Positions 16,459 through 24,468 of a stretch of DNA of 32,000 bases are shown here, piece by piece (the stretch's first letter is position 1; each line of letters starts with the position of its first letter). Source of the DNA: Candidatus Heimdallarchaeota archaeon B3_Heim (GTDB lineage Archaea > Asgardarchaeota > Heimdallarchaeia > Hodarchaeales > Hodarchaeaceae); assembly GCA_003144275.1 (NCBI GenBank), contig NJBF01000020.1, positions 43,255 to 75,254 of the forward strand, read 5' to 3'. The translations under genes and the position numbers were made by a program. The notes under the pieces are model-generated. The model made no database searches and was not told where the DNA came from. It saw only the letters and a program-made list of their open reading frames with translations.

Positions 16459-18615
16459 GTGAGATGTTTGGCTAAAACGTACCAGGTCTTATTATGGACA
16501 CTACTACTGGCATTTTCTTACAGCGTTGATAATTCAGCTAATATTACTGACAGTATAGCCGCTTTCTCTGTTACTTCATACTCTACCAGCGCTGATTTTA
16601 CCAATTTTACCATTATTCAATCAGGAATTTCTCAGGAAGGCGTTTTTTCAAGTGATAATGATAATAGCACTCATTACTGGAAACTCGAGAATGTAAATCA
16701 AAGTCAAGTTGTATATCTTTCTCTCTCTCCTCACAATGGTAATGATAAAGATGATTTGAATGTGGAATTATTTCGCCCGTCAGGTGAAAGCTATTCACAA
16801 ATCCTTGAACCTACAGTGGGTTCTACTGATTATCTTGCTTCGTGGTTAGCAAACGAATTTGGTGATTGGATTATCCAGGTTAACGATACTAGTCAATCAA
16901 ATTTTACCTACACGATGTTAGTGGTCATTCCGACGTCTGCATACAGTGAAAATTCTGCAATATTAGTTAATGAGACCCCAACTATAGCAAATTTCACTAT
17001 TAGCCACGAAAGCCATTATTGGCAAGTATTATTAGAAGAAAATCAAGTTGGAACAATAAATCTGAAGGAAATCACGCCAACTATCCTACGAGTGTCTAAA
17101 ATTACAATTTATCGTGCACAAAATCCTCTAAACCCGATTCTTCTACCAAGTGACATCTTTCAAAGCAAATATAATTACTCTTGGAATGCACCTGCTACTG
17201 ATACGTATTTTGTGGAAATTACTCATAAAGCAGAGAAAAGCTATCCAATCGGGCAGTATAATGTTTCTTTCACTGCTGAAACAGCTGGATACGATTTTAA
17301 AACTGCACTAGAGATACCATATAATCAAACTTTCACTGTCAACGTAGATCAGGGATTTATTCCTAGAAAACGCTATTATTTTACGTTTAAAGTCAACGTA
17401 AGCCGAACATTAGTGGACATCCGTGTATTTGAATTGAATACAACAACTTCTACAATATTGGATTATGCAATTGTCGAGATCTTCGATGAAGGTCGCCAAT
17501 CGCCAAAACTAGCCATACGTGAGGAGGAAGAAGATAGGGACGGTCAAATTAATATTTCAGAGAAGCTTGATACTGGAATTTATTATTTAAGAGTTACGCC
17601 AGAATCCAATGCAGTTGGTACTTTTCAAATATTCTTGGAATATCGTTTACCACAGCCTTTTGTTTGGAATGTTCTTGCGATCCTTCTAACAATTAGTACA
17701 GTTATAGTATTTCCAGTCTATCTAATTTATCTTGATTCAAAAGGGAAATGGTACCGTGTAAGTCAATGGACTGTTTCTAGTTCTATCCAAAATGCCTACA
17801 AAATCTTTAGAAACAGTTTTAGAGGAATTTATAATATCAAGGAAGTACCAAGTGACTCTATCTTAATTCACATTGCAAGTATTCCATTTCGAACATATGC
17901 TATTCTAAATTTTGTTGAATCTTCTGAAAATGAAACATTGATTTTTTCAAAACGTATCAACCGTAAATATGAGTGGGGGATCTATGTTCTTGTAGGATTA
18001 TCTGTATTTGATGCACTAAATATTGGGGCCTATCTTTTATTCTCAGTACAATTTCTCCCACTATATTTTGCCAATCTGACTTCTTTGATTTTAATTTTAG
18101 CTATTCCAACAATTTCACTATTAATAATTGTATTATTCACCAATGGATCTTCATATATGACTTACAGCCAAGTTTATAATCGAATCTCGTATATAATACA
18201 AAATTTTGAGGATTCAGAAGAAAATACAATGTCCTCCTTAAGTATGGATCCAATCCAAGCTGCTAAAAGTGTAAACTATGTGAGAGTCCTTTGGAATCAA
18301 GCAAGACATGCCTTTAAAAATCAAAATTACGAACTCTTCGTCATCAAAGCCGATGCAGCAGTGAAAAATCTCCTATCTACAAGATACTTACAAATATGCC
18401 CCATAAATTCCCAAACAAAAGCTGATTTTCAAACCCAAGTGGTAGAATTAAGGAAACGTGGATTTGACTTACCTAATGAAAAAAAAATAGCACATTTCAG
18501 GAACCTTCGGAATAGGATAGTTCATTCATCAGTTACCTTGGGTGAAAAGGAATCGGTTGATTGTTTCGCTTACTATTCGACGTTCATCACTCGATTGGGT
18601 CTTCGACCCACATAA
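16459..18615 (+). CDS. Predicted membrane receptor: signal peptide, 3 PPC-like beta-sandwich ectodomains, 3 TM helices, cytoplasmic HEPN domain
   Basis: Hydrophobic N-terminus; three repeats of the H/YYW/F...DLNVELF...G.Y/W.I.V pattern; TM ~aa402-425, ~507-530, ~537-560; C-terminal FRNLRNRIVHS (R684-x4-H689) within HEPN-like helices. Confidence 0.72.
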   Translation: MRCLAKTYQVLLWTLLLAFSYSVDNSANITDSIAAFSVTSYSTSADFTNFTIIQSGISQEGVFSSDNDNSTHYWKLENVNQSQVVYLSLSPHNGNDKDDLNVELFRPSGESYSQILEPTVGSTDYLASWLANEFGDWIIQVNDTSQSNFTYTMLVVIPTSAYSENSAILVNETPTIANFTISHESHYWQVLLEENQVGTINLKEITPTILRVSKITIYRAQNPLNPILLPSDIFQSKYNYSWNAPATDTYFVEITHKAEKSYPIGQYNVSFTAETAGYDFKTALEIPYNQTFTVNVDQGFIPRKRYYFTFKVNVSRTLVDIRVFELNTTTSTILDYAIVEIFDEGRQSPKLAIREEEEDRDGQINISEKLDTGIYYLRVTPESNAVGTFQIFLEYRLPQPFVWNVLAILLTISTVIVFPVYLIYLDSKGKWYRVSQWTVSSSIQNAYKIFRNSFRGIYNIKEVPSDSILIHIASIPFRTYAILNFVESSENETLIFSKRINRKYEWGIYVLVGLSVFDALNIGAYLLFSVQFLPLYFANLTSLILILAIPTISLLIIVLFTNGSSYMTYSQVYNRISYIIQNFEDSEENTMSSLSMDPIQAAKSVNYVRVLWNQARHAFKNQNYELFVIKADAAVKNLLSTRYLQICPINSQTKADFQTQVVELRKRGFDLPNEKKIAHFRNLRNRIVHSSVTLGEKESVDCFAYYSTFITRLGLRPT

Positions 18616-18668
18616 ATTCAGTCATTTACCTTTTCGAATTTTGCCAAGAAAATCTTGCATTGAACATA

Positions 18669-18680
18669 AGGTTATTTAAA
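18669..18680 (+). promoter_or_regulatory. BRE/TATA-like promoter AGGTTATTTAAA
   Basis: 31 nt upstream of ATG 18712; identical 12-mer at 21128-21139. Confidence 0.55.
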
Positions 18681-18711
18681 CGAAAAAAAGTTTCAAAAAA
18701 GGTAAGGAAAT

Positions 18712-19005
18712 ATGAAAAACCTGGATGAGTATTCCATGGCCAAAACTACTCTTGAAGAAGTACAACTTCCAAATTCATGCAAGAAAGTATACAGTGTAAT
18801 TCTTGAAGAGGGGCCTGTAAGTTCTAAGGAAATTGTAACACGAGTTTCTTGCTCTACTCGTTCTGTGCGATATGCTCTAAAAAGACTTCTAGATGATGAA
18901 TATGTCGAAAAACGACCTTGTCTGTCTGATATGAGACAAACATTATATTGTGCTAATATTAATAAAATTAAGGGTGAAATGTACTCTTTCAGAAAAGTAT
19001 TGTGA
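18712..19005 (+). CDS. Small archaeal winged-helix (MarR-like) transcription regulator
   Basis: LPNSCKKVYSVILEEGPVSSKEIV...TRSVRYALKRLLDDEYVEKRPCLSDMRQTLY matches the archaeal LPPSAKLV...RTVRYAL...DARQ family. Confidence 0.8.
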   Translation: MKNLDEYSMAKTTLEEVQLPNSCKKVYSVILEEGPVSSKEIVTRVSCSTRSVRYALKRLLDDEYVEKRPCLSDMRQTLYCANINKIKGEMYSFRKVL

Positions 19006-19064
19006 GCAAGCTCAAAGGTTCCCCCTCTTTAATACAGCATTTCTTAACTTATAGAGGATTTTAT

Positions 19065-20303
19065 TTATCTTCCGCCAAGTTTTATTGAACTTTTTGCTAG
19101 CCTATGTTGTTCACCAATGAAACATTGTGTTTTAATCACTCGGCCATCAAAATGAGTCTGTTCCAGATCAAATTTAATTTCTATCTCAAACGAAAATGTT
19201 TCCCCCTCCGCGAGTGAGCTAATTAACTTTTCTTCGGTACCTTGGGAGATCTTAACTCCTTCAGGAATATCAATTTTTATGAGAGTGTTTTGTAAAGATA
19301 TTTTTCCAATATTCTCAACAATTACAGTCACCAAGTATTCCGAATCTTCCTCTATAGTTTCAGATTCCATGTTAAGATTTAAAGCAGGTTCAGCGTCTTT
19401 CGCTTCAATTAAAAATTTGTTTGAATTACTTGGATATTCACCTTCTTCATGTGGAATTCCGTAGGTTACAATTAGCGGGCCTATTTTCCATTTTCCAGGT
19501 AAATTTGGAATTAATGAATAATTAATGGTGTAATTTTCTCCTGTGCTGAGATTCAGTGGTAATTCGGGTGTGGTAGTTGAGATTAGTCTTCCATGAGATC
19601 CAGTTTTTAAGAAGATTGAATTGATCGAAATCGGTGCATGGGCTGTAAGAGTTGAAGAGAGCTGAAACTCCAAGCCTTTCTCTATTATCTGACTTTTATC
19701 CGCTACAAATAGCTCTGATTTGCAGAGAGAACATCGTTGCATAATTTCCTCTGCTTTTAGTTTGAGATTAGAGAATTCCTCTGGAATAGCAGTAGTAGGT
19801 AGTGATTCATGTTCTACGAAAGTATCTGAGGAATGTATAAGGGTCCACGTTGTAGCTAATGCTTTTCCATAGGAATCTGTGAAGGATTTTTTATTCGATT
19901 CATAGATGGAGGTTAATTTCTCAAAATTTTTCTCAGAAAGGTAGATTAAAAATTGAATGTATCTTAGTTCGTTTGGTGGAATATTGGACTTTTTACTCAA
20001 ACGAATCATCTGTAGAACACGATCAATGCTTTGAAATATCTCTTTAATCGGCTTATTATTTGCAGTTATTCTCAACATCTGTTGATAATACAATTCTGCA
20101 GCATTTTCATACAGTTTTGCTTTTTCTGCTGAAAGAGCAGCATTATCGAGAGCTAAAAGGTTCATTTCTTCCGTGTCAAATCGTAGATAAGCTTTTTGAA
20201 AAAATTTAAACGCGGATTTAAAATTATTCTTTTCAAAGGCAGTTTTTCCTTTTTCAAAATTTGTTTGAGGATCTACACCAAAGATTCGTCGAATGAAAGA
20301 CAT
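19065..20303 (-). CDS. TPR/SNAP-like helical repeats + two Ig-like beta-sandwich domains
   Basis: FEKGKTAFEKNNFKSAFKFFQKA and AKLYENAAELYYQ are TPR-like; YSLIPNLPGKWKIGPLIVTY and VTVIVENIGKISLQNTLIKIDIPEG...LAEGETFSFEIEI are Ig-like. Confidence 0.65.
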   Translation of the reverse strand: MSFIRRIFGVDPQTNFEKGKTAFEKNNFKSAFKFFQKAYLRFDTEEMNLLALDNAALSAEKAKLYENAAELYYQQMLRITANNKPIKEIFQSIDRVLQMIRLSKKSNIPPNELRYIQFLIYLSEKNFEKLTSIYESNKKSFTDSYGKALATTWTLIHSSDTFVEHESLPTTAIPEEFSNLKLKAEEIMQRCSLCKSELFVADKSQIIEKGLEFQLSSTLTAHAPISINSIFLKTGSHGRLISTTTPELPLNLSTGENYTINYSLIPNLPGKWKIGPLIVTYGIPHEEGEYPSNSNKFLIEAKDAEPALNLNMESETIEEDSEYLVTVIVENIGKISLQNTLIKIDIPEGVKISQGTEEKLISSLAEGETFSFEIEIKFDLEQTHFDGRVIKTQCFIGEQHRLAKSSIKLGGR

Positions 20304-20395
20304 AACGCCACCGTAACTAAGAATACTATTGATAGATCAACAAAAACTGCTCCTTTTTGAAAGTTATCAGAAGGAGGGAAGCGACTGAAAAATCT

Positions 20396-20800
20396 CTAAG
20401 AAGATCGAATAAAATCAATTAATTCTCTTTCACGTTCTTTAAGAAGTGTAATTAGTTTTCTTCTCAATTTTTCTGCGTTCTTTTCAGTCTTACCCAAATC
20501 GTAAATTCTACGAGAAAGCTCTATGTCCCCTAATACGTAGTTGATCCATAAGGCAAGATCTGAACGGACAACTGGCCCATCTAACAAATGGGGCTCGAAA
20601 ATATCTTTGGTTGTTTCTCTAAAAACGTGAAATTGCGTTATTGTTGCTGGAATTTCTGATAAAGTAGATATTAATTCCGACAAATTGGTAATAGTTGCGA
20701 TTGTTCTCCCCTGATTTCCAATGAATCGAAATGCAAGTTCAGGACTGCATTTTTTGAACATATCTTTAGCAGACGTATGTGAGATTTCCATTCCAGCCAC
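20396..20800 (-). CDS. Stand-alone DUF5752-like protein
   Basis: FRF...ITNLSELISTL...QFHV...RSDLALWINYVLGDIELSRRI matches the DUF5752 pattern (FH...DF..W...LGD.EL). Confidence 0.65.
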   Translation of the reverse strand: MAGMEISHTSAKDMFKKCSPELAFRFIGNQGRTIATITNLSELISTLSEIPATITQFHVFRETTKDIFEPHLLDGPVVRSDLALWINYVLGDIELSRRIYDLGKTEKNAEKLRRKLITLLKERERELIDFIRSS

Positions 20801-21127
20801 ATTTGTTCACTGAGGGCCTCCCACTAGTTCAGACTATTAAATATTTCCTTATTATTTTGCATTTAATTGCTTTATAGTGTGTTTTTTTGATTATTAATAC
20901 AGTGTTCTGGTATCTTTTTCTTCATTCGAGATTCCTTTCTTATTTAAGAAATTTATTTTTTCATTATATCAGTAACAAGCCATTTAAACAAGATGTTGGG
21001 TTTATTAAGGTTAGAGAGTTTAAAAACAAGATTGAATTAAAAGTTTTATTTGTTTAAATGCTAGGTAAACGATTTTCTTCTTAATTCCGATGAAAAATTG
21101 ACATCAAAATCTTATTGCACTAGTATT

Positions 21128-21139
21128 AGGTTATTTAAA
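21128..21139 (+). promoter_or_regulatory. BRE/TATA-like promoter AGGTTATTTAAA
   Basis: Identical to 18669-18680; upstream of the HTH gene at 21233. Confidence 0.45.
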
Positions 21140-21232
21140 ACACAGGTATGAATAAAGGATCTAAAACACCTTTCCACACAATTATAAAAAGGAAATTTCA
21201 AGTAATGACAAAACGCATCGGTTGATGAAAAA

Positions 21233-21520
21233 ATGACTCCAATACGCGAGATTGAATGGGAAATAGCAAAGGGGAAAGTTTTGGAAAATCAGAAGAATGC
21301 GGAATTGGCCAGTGCTTTAGGAATTTCCCATGAAAATAATGTTTCTCGTATTTATTCACGATTTATTGAAAAAATTGAGCAAACTGAAAAAGATCTTCTA
21401 TTGGCTGTTGAACTTGGTTTATATACTCCTGTTTGGTTAGAAATCCGTAAAAAATCTGATATATCAAATTCTCTTTTGAATTATTTGAAATCTGAAATGG
21501 AAAATGCAATTACAGATTGA
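21233..21520 (+). CDS. Tfx-like helix-turn-helix DNA-binding protein
   Basis: NAELASALGISHENNVSRIYSRFIEKIEQTEKDL resembles Tfx (EIA..LGTSRANVS.IE.RA..NIEKA). Confidence 0.55.
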   Translation: MTPIREIEWEIAKGKVLENQKNAELASALGISHENNVSRIYSRFIEKIEQTEKDLLLAVELGLYTPVWLEIRKKSDISNSLLNYLKSEMENAITD

Positions 21521-22694
21521 TTCTATCGAGAATCCCTTGGACTCTCTCTCTTCTTTCTAACATCTCTCTTCTTACATTTTGAAAAGAGCTTGAGGTACAA
21601 CAAATTGCACAGATAGGATGATCATTGTGGGCCGAAATTCCTGGCAAATTTCGTTGCGTAGCCAATTCAGGGGGTATTTCAGGTACTAAAAATAACTTTG
21701 AAGGATAAATTGGAATTTTATATCCAAATAAAGGATTCTTTGTGAATGTATCTGAGTTTTTGACATACTTCACAAGATGAGGGGTAATTTTATTATATGT
21801 CTTTTTCATCCACAGATCTATATTCTCATCAGGTAAGGTGTTACAAGAGAAAGGTACAATTTGATTTTCAATTACACCAAAAAATATCGTTATTAAACCA
21901 ACTAACTTGAGCTGTTGAATAACACAAGTTAACGTTGATATACCAGACGTGATAAAAGGATTTTCAACGAACGGGTAATAAGAATTTTTTTCAAGGTCGT
22001 TATGAAAAAATTCGTGCCCATCTGGTGGTTTCAGGGTTTGAAAGCCAAGGAATTTTGTTGATTCAGAAGAAGAGAAAAAGCCTGCACAGTGTATGTCGTT
22101 GAAAGGTAAGAAATATCCTTTTCCTCCTAGATCTTTTTTCCATTTATGCTTGGTTTCCTTTGTGATAAGAAATCTATCTACATCCGTAACAACTAGTCCT
22201 TCATTATCTTTTTCTAATACTTTATTAGTTTCTACTTGTTTGTAAAATGAAGATAAATGAGCAAATTCGTTAATTAGATGATTAATAAATACAAAATTAG
22301 AAAATGAGATTTCTAAGGATTTTTGGTTCGATAATGGGATTTTACAGGTGTTTCTGAGCTGTTTTACCTTGTGTGGATGTTTATGAAATGGTGCCAAGGG
22401 AATTACCTGATCGAATTTTTCTTCCTCGAGCATGATTACTGCAAGCTCATACAGTAAATCCACAGTAGTCTTCCTTTTTTTCCGATCAAGTGAGCTATCA
22501 GGGACCTGTTTTTTTACAGAGAATTTCCATTCGGAATATTTTCTCGTTTCCATATTGCCTAGAACATCTACAGAACCTATTTTAGTATTTTTAAGATTTA
22601 ATTTTAATAGTTGAACAATAGGACCAGCTTCTCTTCCTATTACTAATATTCGGTCTGGAGAGTTTGATGGTCGCATAAATTTCCACTTTGACAA
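21510..22694 (-). CDS. Divergent ATP-grasp carboligase-like protein (COG2232-like)
   Basis: N-terminal RILVIGREAGPIV...SVDVLGNMET; LKLVGLITIFFGV; C-terminal NLPG.....HPICAI match the COG2232 layout; central ATP-binding motifs not recognisable. Confidence 0.55.
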   Translation of the reverse strand: MSKWKFMRPSNSPDRILVIGREAGPIVQLLKLNLKNTKIGSVDVLGNMETRKYSEWKFSVKKQVPDSSLDRKKRKTTVDLLYELAVIMLEEEKFDQVIPLAPFHKHPHKVKQLRNTCKIPLSNQKSLEISFSNFVFINHLINEFAHLSSFYKQVETNKVLEKDNEGLVVTDVDRFLITKETKHKWKKDLGGKGYFLPFNDIHCAGFFSSSESTKFLGFQTLKPPDGHEFFHNDLEKNSYYPFVENPFITSGISTLTCVIQQLKLVGLITIFFGVIENQIVPFSCNTLPDENIDLWMKKTYNKITPHLVKYVKNSDTFTKNPLFGYKIPIYPSKLFLVPEIPPELATQRNLPGISAHNDHPICAICCTSSSFQNVRREMLERRERVQGILDRINL

Positions 22695-22809
22695 TAATTA
22701 GAAAACAGGAAAGTCGATTGAATTGTGAGGAATTCCCCTCAATTTATAAACTCCACCCGAGACTATTACTCGGAATATCTATTAACTGGGTCTACCACTT
22801 AACAAATTA

Positions 22810-23520
22810 ATGGAATGGAGTCAAATGAGTCACACTAGGAACAACCATACACGTTTCTTACATTTAAGAGTAATAATTGATTATCTGAAAACCAATGAAC
22901 ACCGCATAGCACATCATGCACATTCCAGAACAGAAACTCCTCTTGCATCACGAAACGATATAAAACCTCTTCTCCCTCTTATTAATGGAGAAACTGTAGA
23001 TATTCTAACACTCGATCAAGAAAGTAGGAAGACTTTTGTAAAGGTGGTTCAGGCTGCAGAATTAATTGCTCATTTCCCAGACGATTCTGCTTTCATTGAA
23101 AGTATCTCAACTCTCAACGGATCAGGAATGGAAGGAATTCATTTAATATTTGTGACAAATGGTATTTTTACCCCATCTTTCCTAACTCCCAATTATTTGA
23201 ATGAATATACGAATATTGAAAAATTAACATTTCTAGAGACCCGTTTTGAATCATCATCTATTCATAAAATTGGAAATCCTACAATCTACCTACGGAAGGC
23301 TATTGGACAGATAAAACAGATAGAAACTTCTTTTAAAGACAAACCAGATGATGTATGCGAATGTGGTAACCTTTTTTCACAGGGTTATTATAATATTCTT
23401 TATTGGGGCAAAAAGAATCAGTTAGAATATTCAGTTTGTGATAAATGTGGAATTCAGAAGGAAACTGCCGAGAATGCTAATGCAGTGATGAATTTTTTGA
23501 TGGGCCTAAGTGCAGAGTAA
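22810..23520 (+). CDS. Hypothetical protein, possible PD-(D/E)xK-like fold + C-terminal YgiT-type Zn ribbon
   Basis: GETVDILTL...KTFVKVV segment; CECG-x22-CDKCG followed by a helix. Confidence 0.5.
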   Translation: MEWSQMSHTRNNHTRFLHLRVIIDYLKTNEHRIAHHAHSRTETPLASRNDIKPLLPLINGETVDILTLDQESRKTFVKVVQAAELIAHFPDDSAFIESISTLNGSGMEGIHLIFVTNGIFTPSFLTPNYLNEYTNIEKLTFLETRFESSSIHKIGNPTIYLRKAIGQIKQIETSFKDKPDDVCECGNLFSQGYYNILYWGKKNQLEYSVCDKCGIQKETAENANAVMNFLMGLSAE

Positions 23521-23820
23521 GATTACACCACTGAAGTTGTCAGACAACGCAGTAAAACTGCGTTCTGGACAGGATAAGCCACACATCCGCTATCTGGAAA
23601 AAACAAATTCAACTGATGAATTCGTTTTCGAGGGACTACTTGGTACTATGGGGTTGGTATTCTCTTTTGATTCCTCTAATTTCAGATCCCACTAGTCTTA
23701 CCCTCTCGCCTTTGACGGGTAACACGTCTAACGTAGTTACGAGGAAGGTACTCCAGAAGTCTTGATCTCTATTCTGTTAATCACCTCCGATTCCCAAGGA
23801 CTTGAGGGGAGGAGTCCTTT
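23521..23820 (-). ncRNA. Unidentified structured non-coding element (candidate ncRNA)
   Basis: 134/300 G+C (~45%) in a ~35% genome; at least six hairpins; G-U-compatible mismatches favour the minus strand; promoter-like AAAGGCTTAAA at 23829-23819. Confidence 0.4.
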
Positions 23821-24371
23821 TAAGCCTTTCAGAGAGAAAAGGAGACGAAAATAAGAAGAAATATTTGTCTGACAGAGTTGATCAAGAAATTAATTTTCAA
23901 AATTGAGAGTAGTGTTATAATAAGGCTGATTCTCACAGATCAGAATGCAAGTAGTTCTCGGAATTTCATGATTAGAAAATCAAGTATTGTGGAGAGGAGG
24001 GAAATAAATAATTCTTCATCAAGTACTTGGAAAAAAAAATTTTTGAGAAAAGGTGAAAGGAAGGCGGATTTGCGTTAATCATGAAGGGGAATATAACGAA
24101 TTAAGCCTTTCCTTTCTTATATGGATCATATACCTACTCAATTATAAATTTTCTTATATTACACATTCCCGTTTTTCTTAAAATAAAACCGACAATCTTC
24201 TTTTTTTATTTCGTAAGGAAAAATATCTTTGGTAAAGGTACTCTCTGAATTTTTGATAAGAGGATAAATGCCTAGTAGCTTTCACTATAGTCATCATGAT
24301 ATTGTATGAAAGGTGCTAACAATATCAGTGAAAATAATAATTATTAGTTACAAGCATTGAAATCATTTGTC

Positions 24372-24391
24372 TAAGCTCTAGTTAGAGCTTA
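24372..24391. promoter_or_regulatory. Perfect inverted repeat TAAGCTCTA-GT-TAGAGCTTA (operator candidate)
   Basis: 9-bp perfect arms, 2-nt spacer, in a long AT-rich intergenic region. Confidence 0.4.
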
Positions 24392-24468
24392 AAATAACAT
24401 TATTTCCATTTCTGTTTGTTCTATGATTATTGAAAGTATTTTAAAGATAAAAAAGGGTAATATCTCAC

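Noticed and set aside
23613-23640. CTGATGA resembling a hammerhead core or a box C
   Set aside because: No GAAA after stem II for a hammerhead; no properly spaced C/D pair with guide regions
23630-23704. GACTA/TAGTCC pairing resembling group I intron P7
   Set aside because: The base pair flanking the G-binding site does not form, J8/7 is atypical, P3/P8 could not be built, and there is no interrupted host gene
23521-23820. RNase P or SRP RNA identity (AAGTCC and GGCTTATC fragments present on the minus strand)
   Set aside because: GAGGAAAGUCC context, P4 complementarity, ACAGAA placement and the SRP helix-8 CAGG-GNAA-AGCA motif are all missing; left as unidentified
23830-24468. Long AT-rich intergenic region as a replication origin
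   Set aside because: No ORB-like TCCA..GGAA/G-string boxes seen and no orc1/cdc6 nearby
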